Assembly (NCBI GenBank): GCA_951406725.2
Contig: OX597821.1
Location: 60,016,001 to 60,080,000, forward strand
Length of the DNA: 64,000 nt
Reading direction: 5' to 3'
DNA from: Octopus vulgaris
Lineage: Eukaryota
Under the pieces are notes generated by a model. That model was not told the DNA's origin. It saw only the letters and a program-made list of their open reading frames with translations, and searched no databases. Positions 49,511 through 62,301 of this stretch are shown here, piece by piece (within the stretch, counting starts at the first letter, position 1; each line of letters starts with the position of its first letter). Made by a program: the position numbers and the translations under genes.

Positions 49511-52500
49511 ACTGAATATCTGCTTATGAATTTTCAGAGCCACCAGAACATTTTAGGATATTTTTTCCCCCCATCAACTCAATACAGGTAATATAAATCA
49601 AAAGGTGTGCCTACTTTCTGAAGGCTAATGCTTTATCAATGTAGCTACTCCAACTTCTTAGAACCACTAATAATTTATGCAGTCATATAGTAGTAGTGGC
49701 AGATGTCAGAGCTAAGCAATAATCTGTTTGGTTGTATAGCAACAGGAAGTGCCAGCATTAAGTTCTAACATGCAGTAGTACAGCAGCATACAGTGTTAGT
49801 TTAAGTTTATGCACTAACATGTGAAGTGGTATAGAAGCACAAGGTGTTAGATTAAGCACTAACGTGTGCAGTGGTATAGAAATAGAAGTTATTATTTTGA
49901 ACAGTAAAAAGCTCTGCTTAAAATATTTAAGCAGCTTAACAATAAAAATAACAAACTTTGCCCCCTTTGTTTATCTCCCTGAATCTCTAGCACACGTGCA
50001 CACGAGCACGCAAAAACACGTGCATGCTGGCACATGTACACATTATAAATTATTTCAACCAATACCACACTTGTGTCCGATGACCCATTAATATTCAAAC
50101 TTTCTAAAAGTCACTACATAATGCAGGTTTGAATCCTATTGCATTTGAAATAGCTTGGATTGCTTCGTTCAATATTCAGTTCACAAACCATGATTTGTGA
50201 ATTAAGTCAGTCACCCACAAGAAATGATGGTTGCATGACTTCTAGTGGGTAATGACTTTATTCCAGATAACTCTTAAGAGCTAACATTTCTCTGAAAAAA
50301 TTACAGGTATCAAACATTTTTTTAAAACTTGATTAGTCAGTCAGTTCAAAAGAAATATAAAAATATCATCTTGTATTAAAAAAATGGAACAAAACCTCAT
50401 TGTCTTAATTATGAATAAATTGAATGCTTTGCTTAAAGTATCTGTATTATCAATATATAAAATTATTTAACAATGACATTCAATGCTGGGGATAAAATAT
50501 TTAATTCAAACTAAGCTATAACTGCAAGGCGCTGTTAGTTGTATGAAGAAGGGGTTGTTATATCAAGCACTACTTTCAAAAATATTTACAAACATAAATA
50601 TGTATGTGAAGACTAATATGATTGTGATGGTAAGAATGATGATGACGATGATGACAATGATGATGATGACGATGATGATGATGATGATAATAGCATTTTT
50701 CTAGTAATGTCAACAAATATTGTAGCTGAAGCCAAACATAGTTTGAAGAAGATCTCTGAGGATTATTCTATGTTGTTTCTGCAGCATCCAAGAATGATTG
50801 ATATAATTCTGGAAGGGAACTTTCTGGAATGCTGTATAATCTTTTGTCTCACAGAATATTTTCACTTCTTTCTCTGTGACAATCAAATCAGCCTTCATTG
50901 CTTCTGAAGCAAATATGAAAAAAAATAATCTTCCTTTCGTTCATCTGTATTTTTTAACACGTGAACAAATGTGTGATACAACAGCACCAATTCAATGTTG
51001 GAATGGAAAAAATATACATAAAATGATTAAAAACCTATAATGATGATGAATCTTTTTTTTTATATTTGATGAGTTTGTATTATTATTATTATTATTATTA
51101 ATACTATTACTATTATTATTTTCCATTATATGATGATGGTGTGTTAATATATAATACATGCTGCTGTGTTAAACTATATAAATTTATGCATCTGTGCAAT
51201 GTCGTGAACTGTAAGTCCAAAGGGAACATTTAACTGATGCCTTTTCTTTAAAACAGGGAATGTTTTGCTTTTTGGTTAAAAAAAAAGGATTTGTTTATCT
51301 TTTGTTTTGTTTGAAATAACTTTCCACAACCAACAAAATTCACCTGCAACAACAGACAATGAGAGTATGCCTGTCATTAAGCAATTTTCCATACGTATAT
51401 CTGGAAAAGTCCTTTACTTTTGCATCGATCTTTAAGTAGAGATGTCTTTTTTTCTACTTCTTTTCTTTGCATTTATTTCCTTTATTTCATTTATTTATCA
51501 ATTTCTTTATTTTCTCTAACCCTAGATTCTTATGAAAACACAACAGATGGTTTGGCTCATTTTCTGACATTTAACCAAAAATGACTCTTTCTTTGAAAAA
51601 CTGGTGTGTATCTAATCAGCATTGCCAGCAGAGCATGAGAAAAAGTCACTCTTCCAGTAATAGTGGATTTTCAACAATTTCTCTTTAAGTAAACAAATAA
51701 TATAAACAAATAAAATAAATATATAACTAAAAAAAAACCCACCTACTATACTTAAACTTATACAAAAATGAAGAATATCTAACACTTGTACAGCTTATGG
51801 TAACAGGTTCGAAGTCACAGTAGTCAGCATTTTGACCTGGTTTAAGATAAAAACCAATGAGTATGATGTTCTTTGTTCATTTATTTCCAAGGGCCATGCA
51901 AGCGTGACAAAATTATGAGTAAACCTCCATTCAAAAGAATCTCACCATCGATTGCAATAAAATATGCACTCGAGTGCAAAATGTGGACTTAACATTTACA
52001 GAAAACAGTTGATAATCTGCAATGTTTCCAGCAGAATGTTACACATACAAGTTCTATAGTGTAAAGCCAATATCTGCGGAAACAAAAATATAACAACTGC
52101 TGCATAAGCTAGACAATTATCAATAAATACTTGATTTATAAACATTTTTCTTGTTATTTTGCTTGCTATTCACTAACCAAGAAATAAGTTCCAAAATACA
52201 CATATTGAACACAGAAGCCTGTATCACATGCCTTATTTACTTTTCTATGACTGAATCCTGAATAATATTTTCCAAGTTGTCTTTCTATTTATTAATCCTT
52301 AACCATAGGAAATACTTCATACCATTGTGAGAGCAGAGTAAGCTTGTTTGCAATGTTTGGCCATCATACTAACACAAAAAAAGTATCTGAAATTGTTCCA
52401 TTGTTAAAAGCAGTACCATAACAGTGTGTATTGATGTGGTTAGTTTATAATAACAATGTACTGTGACATGGTAGAAAGAAACTTTTCAGATTAGTTCATT

Positions 52501-52689
52501 AGCAGTTTGTTAGTGTTCATATTTAATAGCAAAATTGATCAGTTAGTAGCAGTGAATTCATATATTTTAGTCATTCATATTTCTGTTATGGTAAGTAGTG
52601 TACACTGAAGTAGTTTCTTAAAGCTTTCTCTTGAGAGATAGGAAACAACACCTCCTCCTCCGTCTCCTCCTCCTCCATCCTTGCATGGG

Positions 52690-53025
52690 TCAGATTTCGC
52701 AAGACATCTTCCAAGCAAGATAATACTTCCCCATGGGAAACAGACATGTTTTATAGTAAACTGGAAGCAAACAACACTGCTTGTATGAGAGTGATGCTTG
52801 TTTACAACTATCACATAATGGCAAGACAAAAGTACACAGAAACATATAAACACATACATATGATTGGCTTCTTATAGTTTCCATCTACCAAATCCATTCA
52901 CATGGCCTTGGTCAGCCCAGAGCTATAACAGAAAACACTTACCCAAAGTGCTGTGCAGTGGGTCTGAACCCAAGACCCACATGGTTGAGAAGCAAGTTTC
53001 TTACCTACACAACCACACCTGTACT
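52690..53025 (-). mobile_element. Chimeric SINE A/C
   Basis: Family A head with family C-type 3' part. Confidence 0.65.
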
Positions 53026-53687
53026 CACATAAACCAAAGATTTTTTATTAGAATGTAAATAAAATTGATGTTCATATCTTCTGGGTTGCAAACCAGACTT
53101 ATTGAAGTTTATCTTTTATGCAATGACACATGAGATAAGATATTAGTCTCCTCTTAGCTGCAAAGTTGTGAGTTTGTAGCTCAAAGGCAGGTGCTGGAGT
53201 CATGTTATGGCTAAACTGTTTTTTCCTACTTTAATATATTTGGCATCAAAGAAGCTATGAAAAGAGAACTGAATAATTTTAGTGCTATACTAACTGGAAA
53301 CTGACATTGTCTATATATAGTACTAAAACTGAATCAGTCCACAAGATAAGTAATGACTTGTTATATCTTCAATTAAACAGTCAACTACTAAACTAAAGAA
53401 TTTGAAAGTCAACATTTAGAATTCAAATTATAGCTGTGTATAGACTGCACTTATCCAGCCAATATTAATGCTACCATAGAGGAGATGACAAAGGACTAGA
53501 AAGTGCTGAGCTAGGAGCTTCAAAAAAGCAGGCACTATTTGATGATTATGTATGTGCCCAAATATTACAATATTTTACTCACTATTATCTTTATTGCTTA
53601 TGTGTTTTTTTTAATAATTTTTTTTTTATGGAATCCAACAGACAATCTGTAACCATTTACTGACATGATGGAAGATGGCACAGAGAA

Positions 53688-53912
53688 CCTTTTAGCATTC
53701 AGATTCCTCTGTCAAATGTAATGCTTATTTATTCATACTGTTTTGAATTAATCATGCATTGTTTTGTAGCTTTGCAATTTTGATGGTGTGATTGTTTGTT
53801 TTTAGAATGACATTATAGGAAGGTATGGGAAGCTGGATCTGACTGGTTGGAACATAAAACAGGTAAAATATTTGGGCTGGATATGGCCAGCTTTTAAACA
53901 CTAAAGGGTTAA
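53688..53912. mobile_element. piggyBac-like MITE, second family
   Basis: aaccttttagcatt ... aacactaaagggTTAA; homologs near 27265-27417 and 57550-57780. Confidence 0.6.
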
Positions 53913-54369
53913 GTTAATAATTTGAGTAATTAAGAAAATATTTATATCCAACACAGAAATATATCGATATAGAGAAAAATTACACAAAAACCAAAATTAA
54001 ACCCAGTTTGATAAAGTAGATTATCTTCGAAAATAATTTAAAAAAAAAATCATAGTTTCACTTCAGTATTTCTATATTGTTTAACGGTTGAATGGTTCTG
54101 GCAATTTTGTATTGTATTTCCATAAATTCTCAGAGTAATATTTTTACAGCCAGAAGCACTTTTTCATGCCTTACATTTAACTGTTAAGCAGTGTTGCAGC
54201 TATTTTTATTTATGAGACATAGTGAAAAAAGTAAACCTTCTACTTTGCCTAAATACAAAATACAATTCTCAGTGAAAAGGCTTACCTCATGAAACAGGAA
54301 GTAATAATCCAAAAACCAAATATACAACTTTGACACTATCGTTATATTTTATAATCAGCTATAGATACA

Positions 54370-54755
54370 TGCATGGCAGTGGAGTTAAGAAACTCACTTT
54401 GTGACAATGTAGTTTTGAGTTCACTCCCATGGCATGGTACCTTGAACAAGTACCCCCTACTATAGCCTCAGGCTGACCAATACTTTGCAAGTGAATTTGG
54501 TAGATGGAAACTGCGTCGAAGCCTGTCATATGTGTGTGTGTGTCTGTGTTTGTGACCCCATCACTGCTTGACAACTGGTGTTGTTTTGTTTATGTCTCTT
54601 TAAATTAATGGCTTAGTAAAGAATAAGCAAATAAAATCAATGCAATAAATATTAGACTTAAGAAAAAGAGGTACTAGAGTTGATTTGTTTGACTAAACCT
54701 TAGAAAGTGGTGCCCCAGCATGACCACAGCCCAATGACTGTAACAAGTAAAAGAC
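54370..54755 (+). mobile_element. SINE family A
   Basis: All modules, diverged. Confidence 0.8.
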
Positions 54756-56940
54756 ATTCAACAGCATATTCATAAATTTCCTCACAAACTATAATCTCAC
54801 TTAATATGACATATTTTTCATATGAAAATATTTTTTTACTTTCACTTATAAAGTGAAAATAAATCACTGTTTTACATGCATCTGAATATTTACAAATTTT
54901 GTGAACTATGTTCTTTTAGCGAATAATTTAATCTTTCATCCCCTAACATAAAGCTGAATCCCTCCCTATGTCAAGGTTCTTTGTTTTGTGAACTGCATGG
55001 TGACCTCAAAAGAGCTGGTGGCATGACAAAAGCATGCATCACATGTTGTAAAGTGCTTAGCATTAAGAAGAACATCTAGCTGTAGAAACCATGCCAAAGC
55101 AAGCACTGGCGTACAATAGTCCTTGGACCCATCAGATTCTGTCACAGCATTCAAGCCATGTCAGGATGGAACATGGACATTTAAATGATGCTGATGCTGA
55201 TTTATTTTCGTCTTCCACTAAATAATCAATAATGAAATCTTTATTTTATATAGATTTTTCTAATTTTCCAAAAATCAGTTGGAGATAATTCTTTAGATTT
55301 TTTTCCTAGATGTCCTTGGAGGAGTCTTTCTTCCCAGAAAAAGCCATGTTGATTGATAATCTATACACTGTTTTCAGTATTTTCTGTTGAAATATTAGCT
55401 TTGGCTTTCTAGAGAAGCAGCTTTATGCATACAATATTCATAATGCTAGCATAACCCCAGACATTCCACTCTGGTTTCTTTATCCACTCCATTCTTTAAA
55501 ACCTCATTGTATTTCCTTAGAATCCTTTTTGCTTTGATTGATCAATAACTAAAAGAAACCATCAACATAGTTCAGTTATTTGATGATTTCTTATACATTT
55601 ATTCCCAGTCAGTAGCTTAATAATATATTCAGATAATATACTGCAAACAGTCTGTTACTGTAGCTACAGTTCTTGTCTCTGATGATGCCAATTCTATCGC
55701 AAACACTAACAAAGAATAAAACAAGTGGAGAGAATTGAGTGCTCTCAAGATAAAGTAGGAGCCATAATCTGGGATTCTATCCAAGTTATAAATCTTCGAC
55801 TAGGTTGGTTCTCTCAGTGCAACTCTAAAAAGCTGTACAGTGCAATCTTCTAAAAGAAATTCCGGAAAACTACAAATACAGTATAAACTACTTCTTGTGA
55901 AAAGAAGGGAAACAGTTTTATCATACTGCTGAAAAATATTTTCAATGTATTATATAACAATCAGTTTTTTTAAAACAGTTTTCTACTGAAGTTATAAAAA
56001 TACAATAAAAAATAGTTTATCTTCAAAACTATGCAATGAACAGAAGCATTTTTCTCATGGTTGAGCAATAGTACATTTTAATAGTACTACTCACATTTAT
56101 TTCTCATCTTATTGCTCCTAGGAAAGAAAGCTTCTCCAGACATTTTAGATTTGCCTTTCTTCTCTCCAGATTTCTGAAATCTCTTTTGTTGTTCCTTTGT
56201 TAGTGTATAGAAACCATTCTCTGAGAATTCTACTTAGTTTCCTGAATTTAAGGGAAAGACAGCATTCACTTCTATAAATAGCTCTCCATTGGTCCAATTA
56301 AGTTTAGAGTCTACAGTTGAGGATGTCTAATGTTTTGGTTAGATTTTAAATACTGGTCAAGAGGAAGTTCTTTAGAAGGACTTCATAACTGATTTCTTAG
56401 GTTGGGACAGCCAAACAATAATGTCTTGTATGATTTCATTTGCACTTATACAAACAAGAACTTTGTCTTGCTTATTATGAAAGAGTTCTACTTGGGCTGA
56501 TGGTTTAATAAAGATTTGCTAAGTACACAAAAGAATTTTATAATGTTTTTTTTTCTTCCTTACTTTCTATTTCTTGCCGTTTGCATATTGTTGACTAAAA
56601 CAGGGAATACAGCAATTTCTGGTTTTCTTTAATTTAGCAACAGTGGTTTTTACTAACTGCATGCTCTTGTATGAAGTCTTCTTAACACTCATGTTAAGTT
56701 TAGCAAAGGTTGTTGTTTAAACTCAAATCAGCTTAAATTCAGTAGACCCTATGATCAGTAACATTTCAGCTGTGACAACCCATCTTTTTCTTATGTGCAG
56801 GGAACCTAATTATATATGCAAACTACACTTCACATAAAAATAAACACACACATTCATATATAATCATATCATACACATACAAAAGATATGTTTCAGTTAT
56901 TGTATGTAAATAAATATATATATATATATATATATATATG

Positions 56941-57155
56941 AATTTTTTTCTGTAATGAGATAAAAAAACCAAGGCTGTGTAGATTTTAGAACATTTATAG
57001 ATAGAAGGTCTTACAATTGTTTCCAGGATATTTATTATATCCCTTCATCAGAGACAAAGGGATACAATAAATATCCTGGAAAGACCTATCTATAAATGGT
57101 CTAAAATCTACACAGCCTTGGTTTTTTTTTTTTATCTCATTACAGAAAAAAAATT
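56941..57155. mobile_element. Fold-back element, ~100-bp arms, junction at a hammerhead
   Basis: 56941-57045 is the reverse complement of 57057-57155 apart from small indels; (TA)n on the left. Confidence 0.85.
57008..57055 (-). ncRNA. Minimal type I hammerhead ribozyme motif
   Basis: rc GTCT-CTGATGA-A-GGGATAT(aataa)ATATCCT-G-GAA-ACAATTGT-A-AGAC; perfect palindromic stem III, GUA triplet. Confidence 0.8.
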
Positions 57156-58849
57156 TTATATACACACGCTGACATATGACCAACATTGAACCCCTTATTC
57201 TCATAATCACCAAACCTGGAACTTAACTATGGTCTATCTATAACACTTATTCAGCATTACCTGACACCATTACCTCTCACAACCCATACATATACATATA
57301 ATGATAGGAAGGAGGAAAATGGCCAAGAAGACCAACACAAAGAAAGATAATCAATGCAGAACTTAGTGTTTGAATTCTTTAAAATAAAGCTAAAAGAAAT
57401 GTAAAACAACTGGAAAGAGTGTGAAATAATCAATGGGTTGATTAAACTGCAATAATTCTCTTTCAGCAGAAACAACACACCTATTAGCTTTGATAGACCA
57501 AACTTTTCTCTTTACATAGTATCATTATTCACAGTAACAATATGAGTTTAATGTTTTAGCCTTCCAATTACTCTGTCAAATGTAATAGCTTATTTATTCC
57601 CATTGTTTTGAATTAATTAGACACTATCTTGTAGATTCAATATTTTGATAATGTGAATGTTTATTTTTAGAATTGTTGAGTAGGCGTGAGAAGCTGGATC
57701 TGGCCAGATTGAACATAAAACAGGTGTGAGAGGCCATATCTGAATATGAATAAGCCGGATATGGCTGGTTTAAATGCTAGTTTTATTAAGAAGATTTCTG
57801 AACAGTACTTTTGTTTTTAAATTAAGGGATATTGTTAACTGCAGATCTTATAAAAGAGAAAAAGAAGATGTTCATATGCAGATGTTCCACCATACTAGTG
57901 CACTGGCACTGCCTTAGCTTTCCCAAATAACAACTGCAACTAAAAGTTGCAGCCATTATCTGAGTGAACATGGATTCCTCAAGTGAATATGAGGAATTCC
58001 TTATGGGTTACAAATTTGAATTACTTTTATTTTGTCCCATACCCAATTCTCAAATAATGTATTTGTAAATGCAATTTAAATTTAGGTTTAAACATAAAAA
58101 AAAATAATAAATAACTGAATAGGAAATTTAAAAAAACAAGAAAAAATAGATTACTACAATGATTGCAATGAAAATTTTAAGGAAAAAAAATATTTAAAAA
58201 ACTGTATATGAGAAAAAAGCCAAATCTTTTTGTGAAAATTAATGTTTAAATGAAGAATTCCTAAGCTGCCAAAGAAAGTACAGTTATCAACTCGGCACAT
58301 CAGCTTGTTAATCAACACCAAAGTGACATGCAAAGAAAATGCTCAGCTGCAAAGAAATTTGTATTTATTTTGCTTGTCTCTAGGGAGTAAGACCACTTAG
58401 TTTGTCACCAAGCACAACATCGAAAATAGAATAACTAATAAATAAATAAAACAACTTGTCAAAATATAAAATAATTAAACAAATCTTGATAAAACCTGTT
58501 CATTCCCTGTGTGATACAGAGTAATTATTTAAAACATAGTTTGAGTACATTATGCAGCTTACATACAGAAAGAAAGCCTGAAATAATTTTCAATTTTCAG
58601 TCCTGAGAAAATGGAAGTTGCTTGTTAATATTCCTTTATTTACAAGAAGGAAATTTAACTGACCATTATGGACTATTCTATTTGTATTTTTGTTGTTTCA
58701 AGCAGGCCAGTTTCACCCAAACAACAATTTTGAACCTGGGTAAACAAATTCCTTTTAACCTTTTTGTTACCATATTTCTGTTGGTTTTAATTATTTTTGA
58801 AAATGACAAAAAATTTAATAAAATAACTTTGTTGTTATTATTAAAGCAG

Positions 58850-59045
58850 TGAGTGAGCAGAATCGTTAGCATACTGAGTGAAATGCTTAGCGGCATTTTG
58901 TCTCTCTTCATGTTCTGAATTCAAATTTCGCCAAAGCTGACTTTTGGGGGTCGATAGATCAAGTACCAGTTGAGCACTGGGGTCAATGTAATCAACTGGC
59001 CTCCTACCCCAAAATTTCACGCCTTATGCCTATAGTGGAAAGGCT
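58850..59045 (+). mobile_element. SINE family B
   Basis: gcagaatcgttagcatactgagtgaaatgcttagcggcatttt..aagtaccagttgagcactggggtcaatgtaatc. Confidence 0.85.
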
Positions 59046-59462
59046 TAATAAGGTGGTGTTGGAATATAAACTAACATGGGATATTGGTTTCAAATTTTGG
59101 CACAAGGCCAGCAATTTTAGGGGAGAATTTCAAAATGAATCTATTAAATGATAAAAAGGCCTCAAATTCCAGTTTCGATCTTTTTAAGCAATAGTAAAAT
59201 AGGTAAGAAGGATGTAGACATTATTGTTAAGACACTAGCTAAGGCAATACGTTCTGATTAACAATAAAACATGAAAGGAAAAATGCCTATTAATTTAGGT
59301 GTAAGCTGTTTTGTTTAATATTCAGTCACAATTTTAATGACGAACACATGAGGGCAAAAAAAAAACTGTTGCATAGTTTTTATTGTTCTAGAAGTTGGCT
59401 ATGAAATATATTTTTGTTAATTGCTTAAAAGCTTCTGTATGGGAGCATCACTGTAAGCAGGT

Positions 59463-59562
59463 TTATCAGCAACACCTTTTTCATTATTAGCAACAACCTT
59501 TTTGTTTATTAGTAACACCTTTTTGTTTATTAGTAACAGCTTTTTCCTTATTAGCAACAACT
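59463..59562. repeat. About 21-bp minisatellite, 5 units
   Basis: ttattagcaacaaccttttt repeated. Confidence 0.8.
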
Positions 59563-59576
59563 ACTTTCAGCTAGAC

Positions 59577-59824
59577 CAGTGGGTCTGAACTATTTTTTGT
59601 CTGTGGGGCCCCTTTGATTCCCATCTTACTCCTGGCAAATAATTTTTATTCCAGAGTACTGTTGAGAGATTTAGAAATAATAATTTTTCGATTTATAAAA
59701 AAAAAATATTCTTATAATATTTTGTGTATTGTAGAATTACTACTGATTTATTTCACATAATTTTTCACAACTAAATCTTATATGAACCCCAAAGGGCCAC
59801 GTGGACCCCAGTTGAAAAGCACTG
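59577..59824. mobile_element. hAT-like MITE with 8-bp TSD
   Basis: CAGTG..CACTG termini; AGCTAGAC at 59569-59576 and AGTTAGAC at 59825-59832. Confidence 0.75.
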
Positions 59825-59984
59825 AGTTAGACTAACTTTGATGATTAACCTTAGTGAAAAACAACATGCCTCGAGCCTCTATGCATGATCCAACAATTAA
59901 ATCCACAGTTTTTAAGTTAACTGTACATCACCAATTCAGAAAGAGTATTAAGCATTTCAAGTTCTAAACTGTTAATTTATCATT

Positions 59985-60740
59985 TATCTTTTACTTGTTT
60001 CAGTCACTGGACTGCAGCCATGCTGAAGCACTGCCTTGAAGGGTTTTAGTTGAACAAATCAATCCCAGTACTTATTTGTTTAAGTTTGGTGCTTATTCTG
60101 TCAGTCTCTTTTGCAAAATTACTAAGTATATGGGGATGCAAACAAACCAAGACTGGTGGTCGAATGGGGGGGGGGGGGGGGTGGATAGATACAAACAAAA
60201 AGACATATACACCCACAACTGCACACAGACACAATGGGCTTCCACATAGTTTCTGTTTATCAAATTCACTCCCAAGGCTACAATAGGAGATACTTGGCCA
60301 AGGTGCCATGTAGTGGGACTGAACCTGAAACTGTGTGGTAGTACAGCAAGCTTCTTAAGCACACAACCATGCCTATGCCTAGTATTCTTTTCTACTCTAG
60401 GCCCGAAATTTTGGAGGAGGGGGCCCAGTTGATTAGATCGACCTCAGTATGCAACTGGTACTTCATTTATTAACCCCAAAAGGATGAAAGGCAAAGTCAA
60501 CCTCGGCGGAGAGTGTATGTGCAGATATTCTTTTCTAATCTAGGCACAAGGCCCGAAATTTTGGAGGAGGGGGCCAGTCAATTAGATAGACCCTAGTATG
60601 CAACTGGTACTTAATTTATCGACCCTGAAAGGACGAAAGGCAAAATCAACCTCAGCGAAATTTGAACTCAGAGCATAAAGAGACAAAATACCGCTAAGCA
60701 TTTCGCCTGGTGTGTTCACAATTCTGCCTGCTTGCCGCTT
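59985..60740 (-). mobile_element. SINE cluster: one family A copy and two tandem family B copies
   Basis: A at 59985-60375; B at 60384-60510 and 60527-60740. Confidence 0.85.
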
Positions 60741-61116
60741 TACCTGCACCTATATTACCTAAGTAATAATAATAATAAAAACAAAATAATTGAAGAAAAA
60801 TTGCAAAATACTTTTGTTTTCTCCAGTTTGAAACTGAATCCTAGGCTCTTGAAACAATGGTAATAGGGACAACTTAATTGTGTTGCCAAGCCAAACCCAG
60901 TTTTGTTGTTAGATTGACTTTGATAAACTTAAATGATCAATTAGTTAGTTGGGTAGATATTTAGCCAAATGGCTAACAATAAAGAAGTGGTACTGAACCA
61001 GTGCATGTGTTACTATTGACATAATGACCCTCCCAAGGCACAACAAAATTTAGCACAGAAATGTTATTCAAATATTACGAGTTATAAATTGTTAATTGGT
61101 TAAAAAAAAAAAAAAT

Positions 61117-61660
61117 CAGGCATGGCTGTGTGGTTAAGAAGCTTGCTTTGTAAGCACATCGTTTCAGGTTCAGTCCTACTATGTGGCACATTGGGCAAGT
61201 GTTTTCTACTATAGCCCTGAGTTAATTTGTGAAGTGAATTTGGTAGATGGAAACTGTGTAGAAGCCTGTCATAAATGTGTGTGTGTATTTTTCTCTGTGT
61301 TTGCGCTTGGCTTCCTACCACTTGACAACTGGTGTTAGTTTGTTTACAACACCCATAACTTAGCAGTTAGTCAAAAGAAACCAATAGAACAAGTCCACTC
61401 GTCAACATCATTTAACATCAGTTTCTCCATGCTGGCATGAGTTGGATGGTTCGACAAGAGCTGGTGAGTTAGAGGACTGCACCCAGCTCCAGTGTCAGCT
61501 TTGGTATGGTTTCTATGGCTGGATGCCCTTCCTAATGCTAATCACTTTACAGAGTATCTTGTGGTGCTTTTTGCATGGCACTGGTATCAGCAAGGATACC
61601 AAGTTACTTGTAAGATCTCTCAACTAAAAAAAAAAGTACTGGGGTTGATCTACATGACTA
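61117..61660 (+). mobile_element. SINE family A with an antisense family C copy (61405-61610) inserted
   Basis: The family A 3' module breaks near 61395 and resumes with aagtactggggttgatc near 61635. Confidence 0.75.
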
Positions 61661-62250
61661 AACCCTTTAATGCAGTACAATGGTTGGAACAAGCAAACAA
61701 TAAAAAATAAAGGAAAATTGCAAAATATTTTTGTTATCTTGAATATGAAACTAAGTCTATTTAGATGATGAAAGCCTCAAATTCCATCTTTTAAAACAAT
61801 ACTAACGAATCCAAAAGACTACTTATTAATGTCAAGGTAACATTTGGGTATTAGTACTTGGGTAGATTTTGCATCCACAAGTAAGGCAAGAGTTAAGGCA
61901 ATACCTTCTGATTAATAAGAAAAATAAACATTTAATTAAATTAGGTGTAAGCTGTTCTTGTTCTGTTTAATATTCAGTTGCAATTTTAATGAGGAACACA
62001 TGACGGCCAAAAAAAAAGAAACAAACTGTTGCATAGTTTGTTTCTATTGTTTCGACAGTTGGCTATAAAAAATATTTTTGTTAATTACTTAAAAGTGTGC
62101 ATGTTATTGTAAGCTTGTTTGTTAGTTTACGTGTAAGTATATAAGCTGTGTGTTAAAATACAAAAGAGAATGTTAAATGTTTAGCTTTTCTATTGGTTGA
62201 GCATTTGTCATCTCAGAATGTTTACTCAGAACTGTATGTGTGTTTGTAAG

Positions 62251-62301
<51 letters not shown>

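Noticed and set aside
54811-54859. Two adjacent short AT-rich palindromes
   Set aside because: Arms of about 8-10 bp in very AT-rich DNA are expected by chance.
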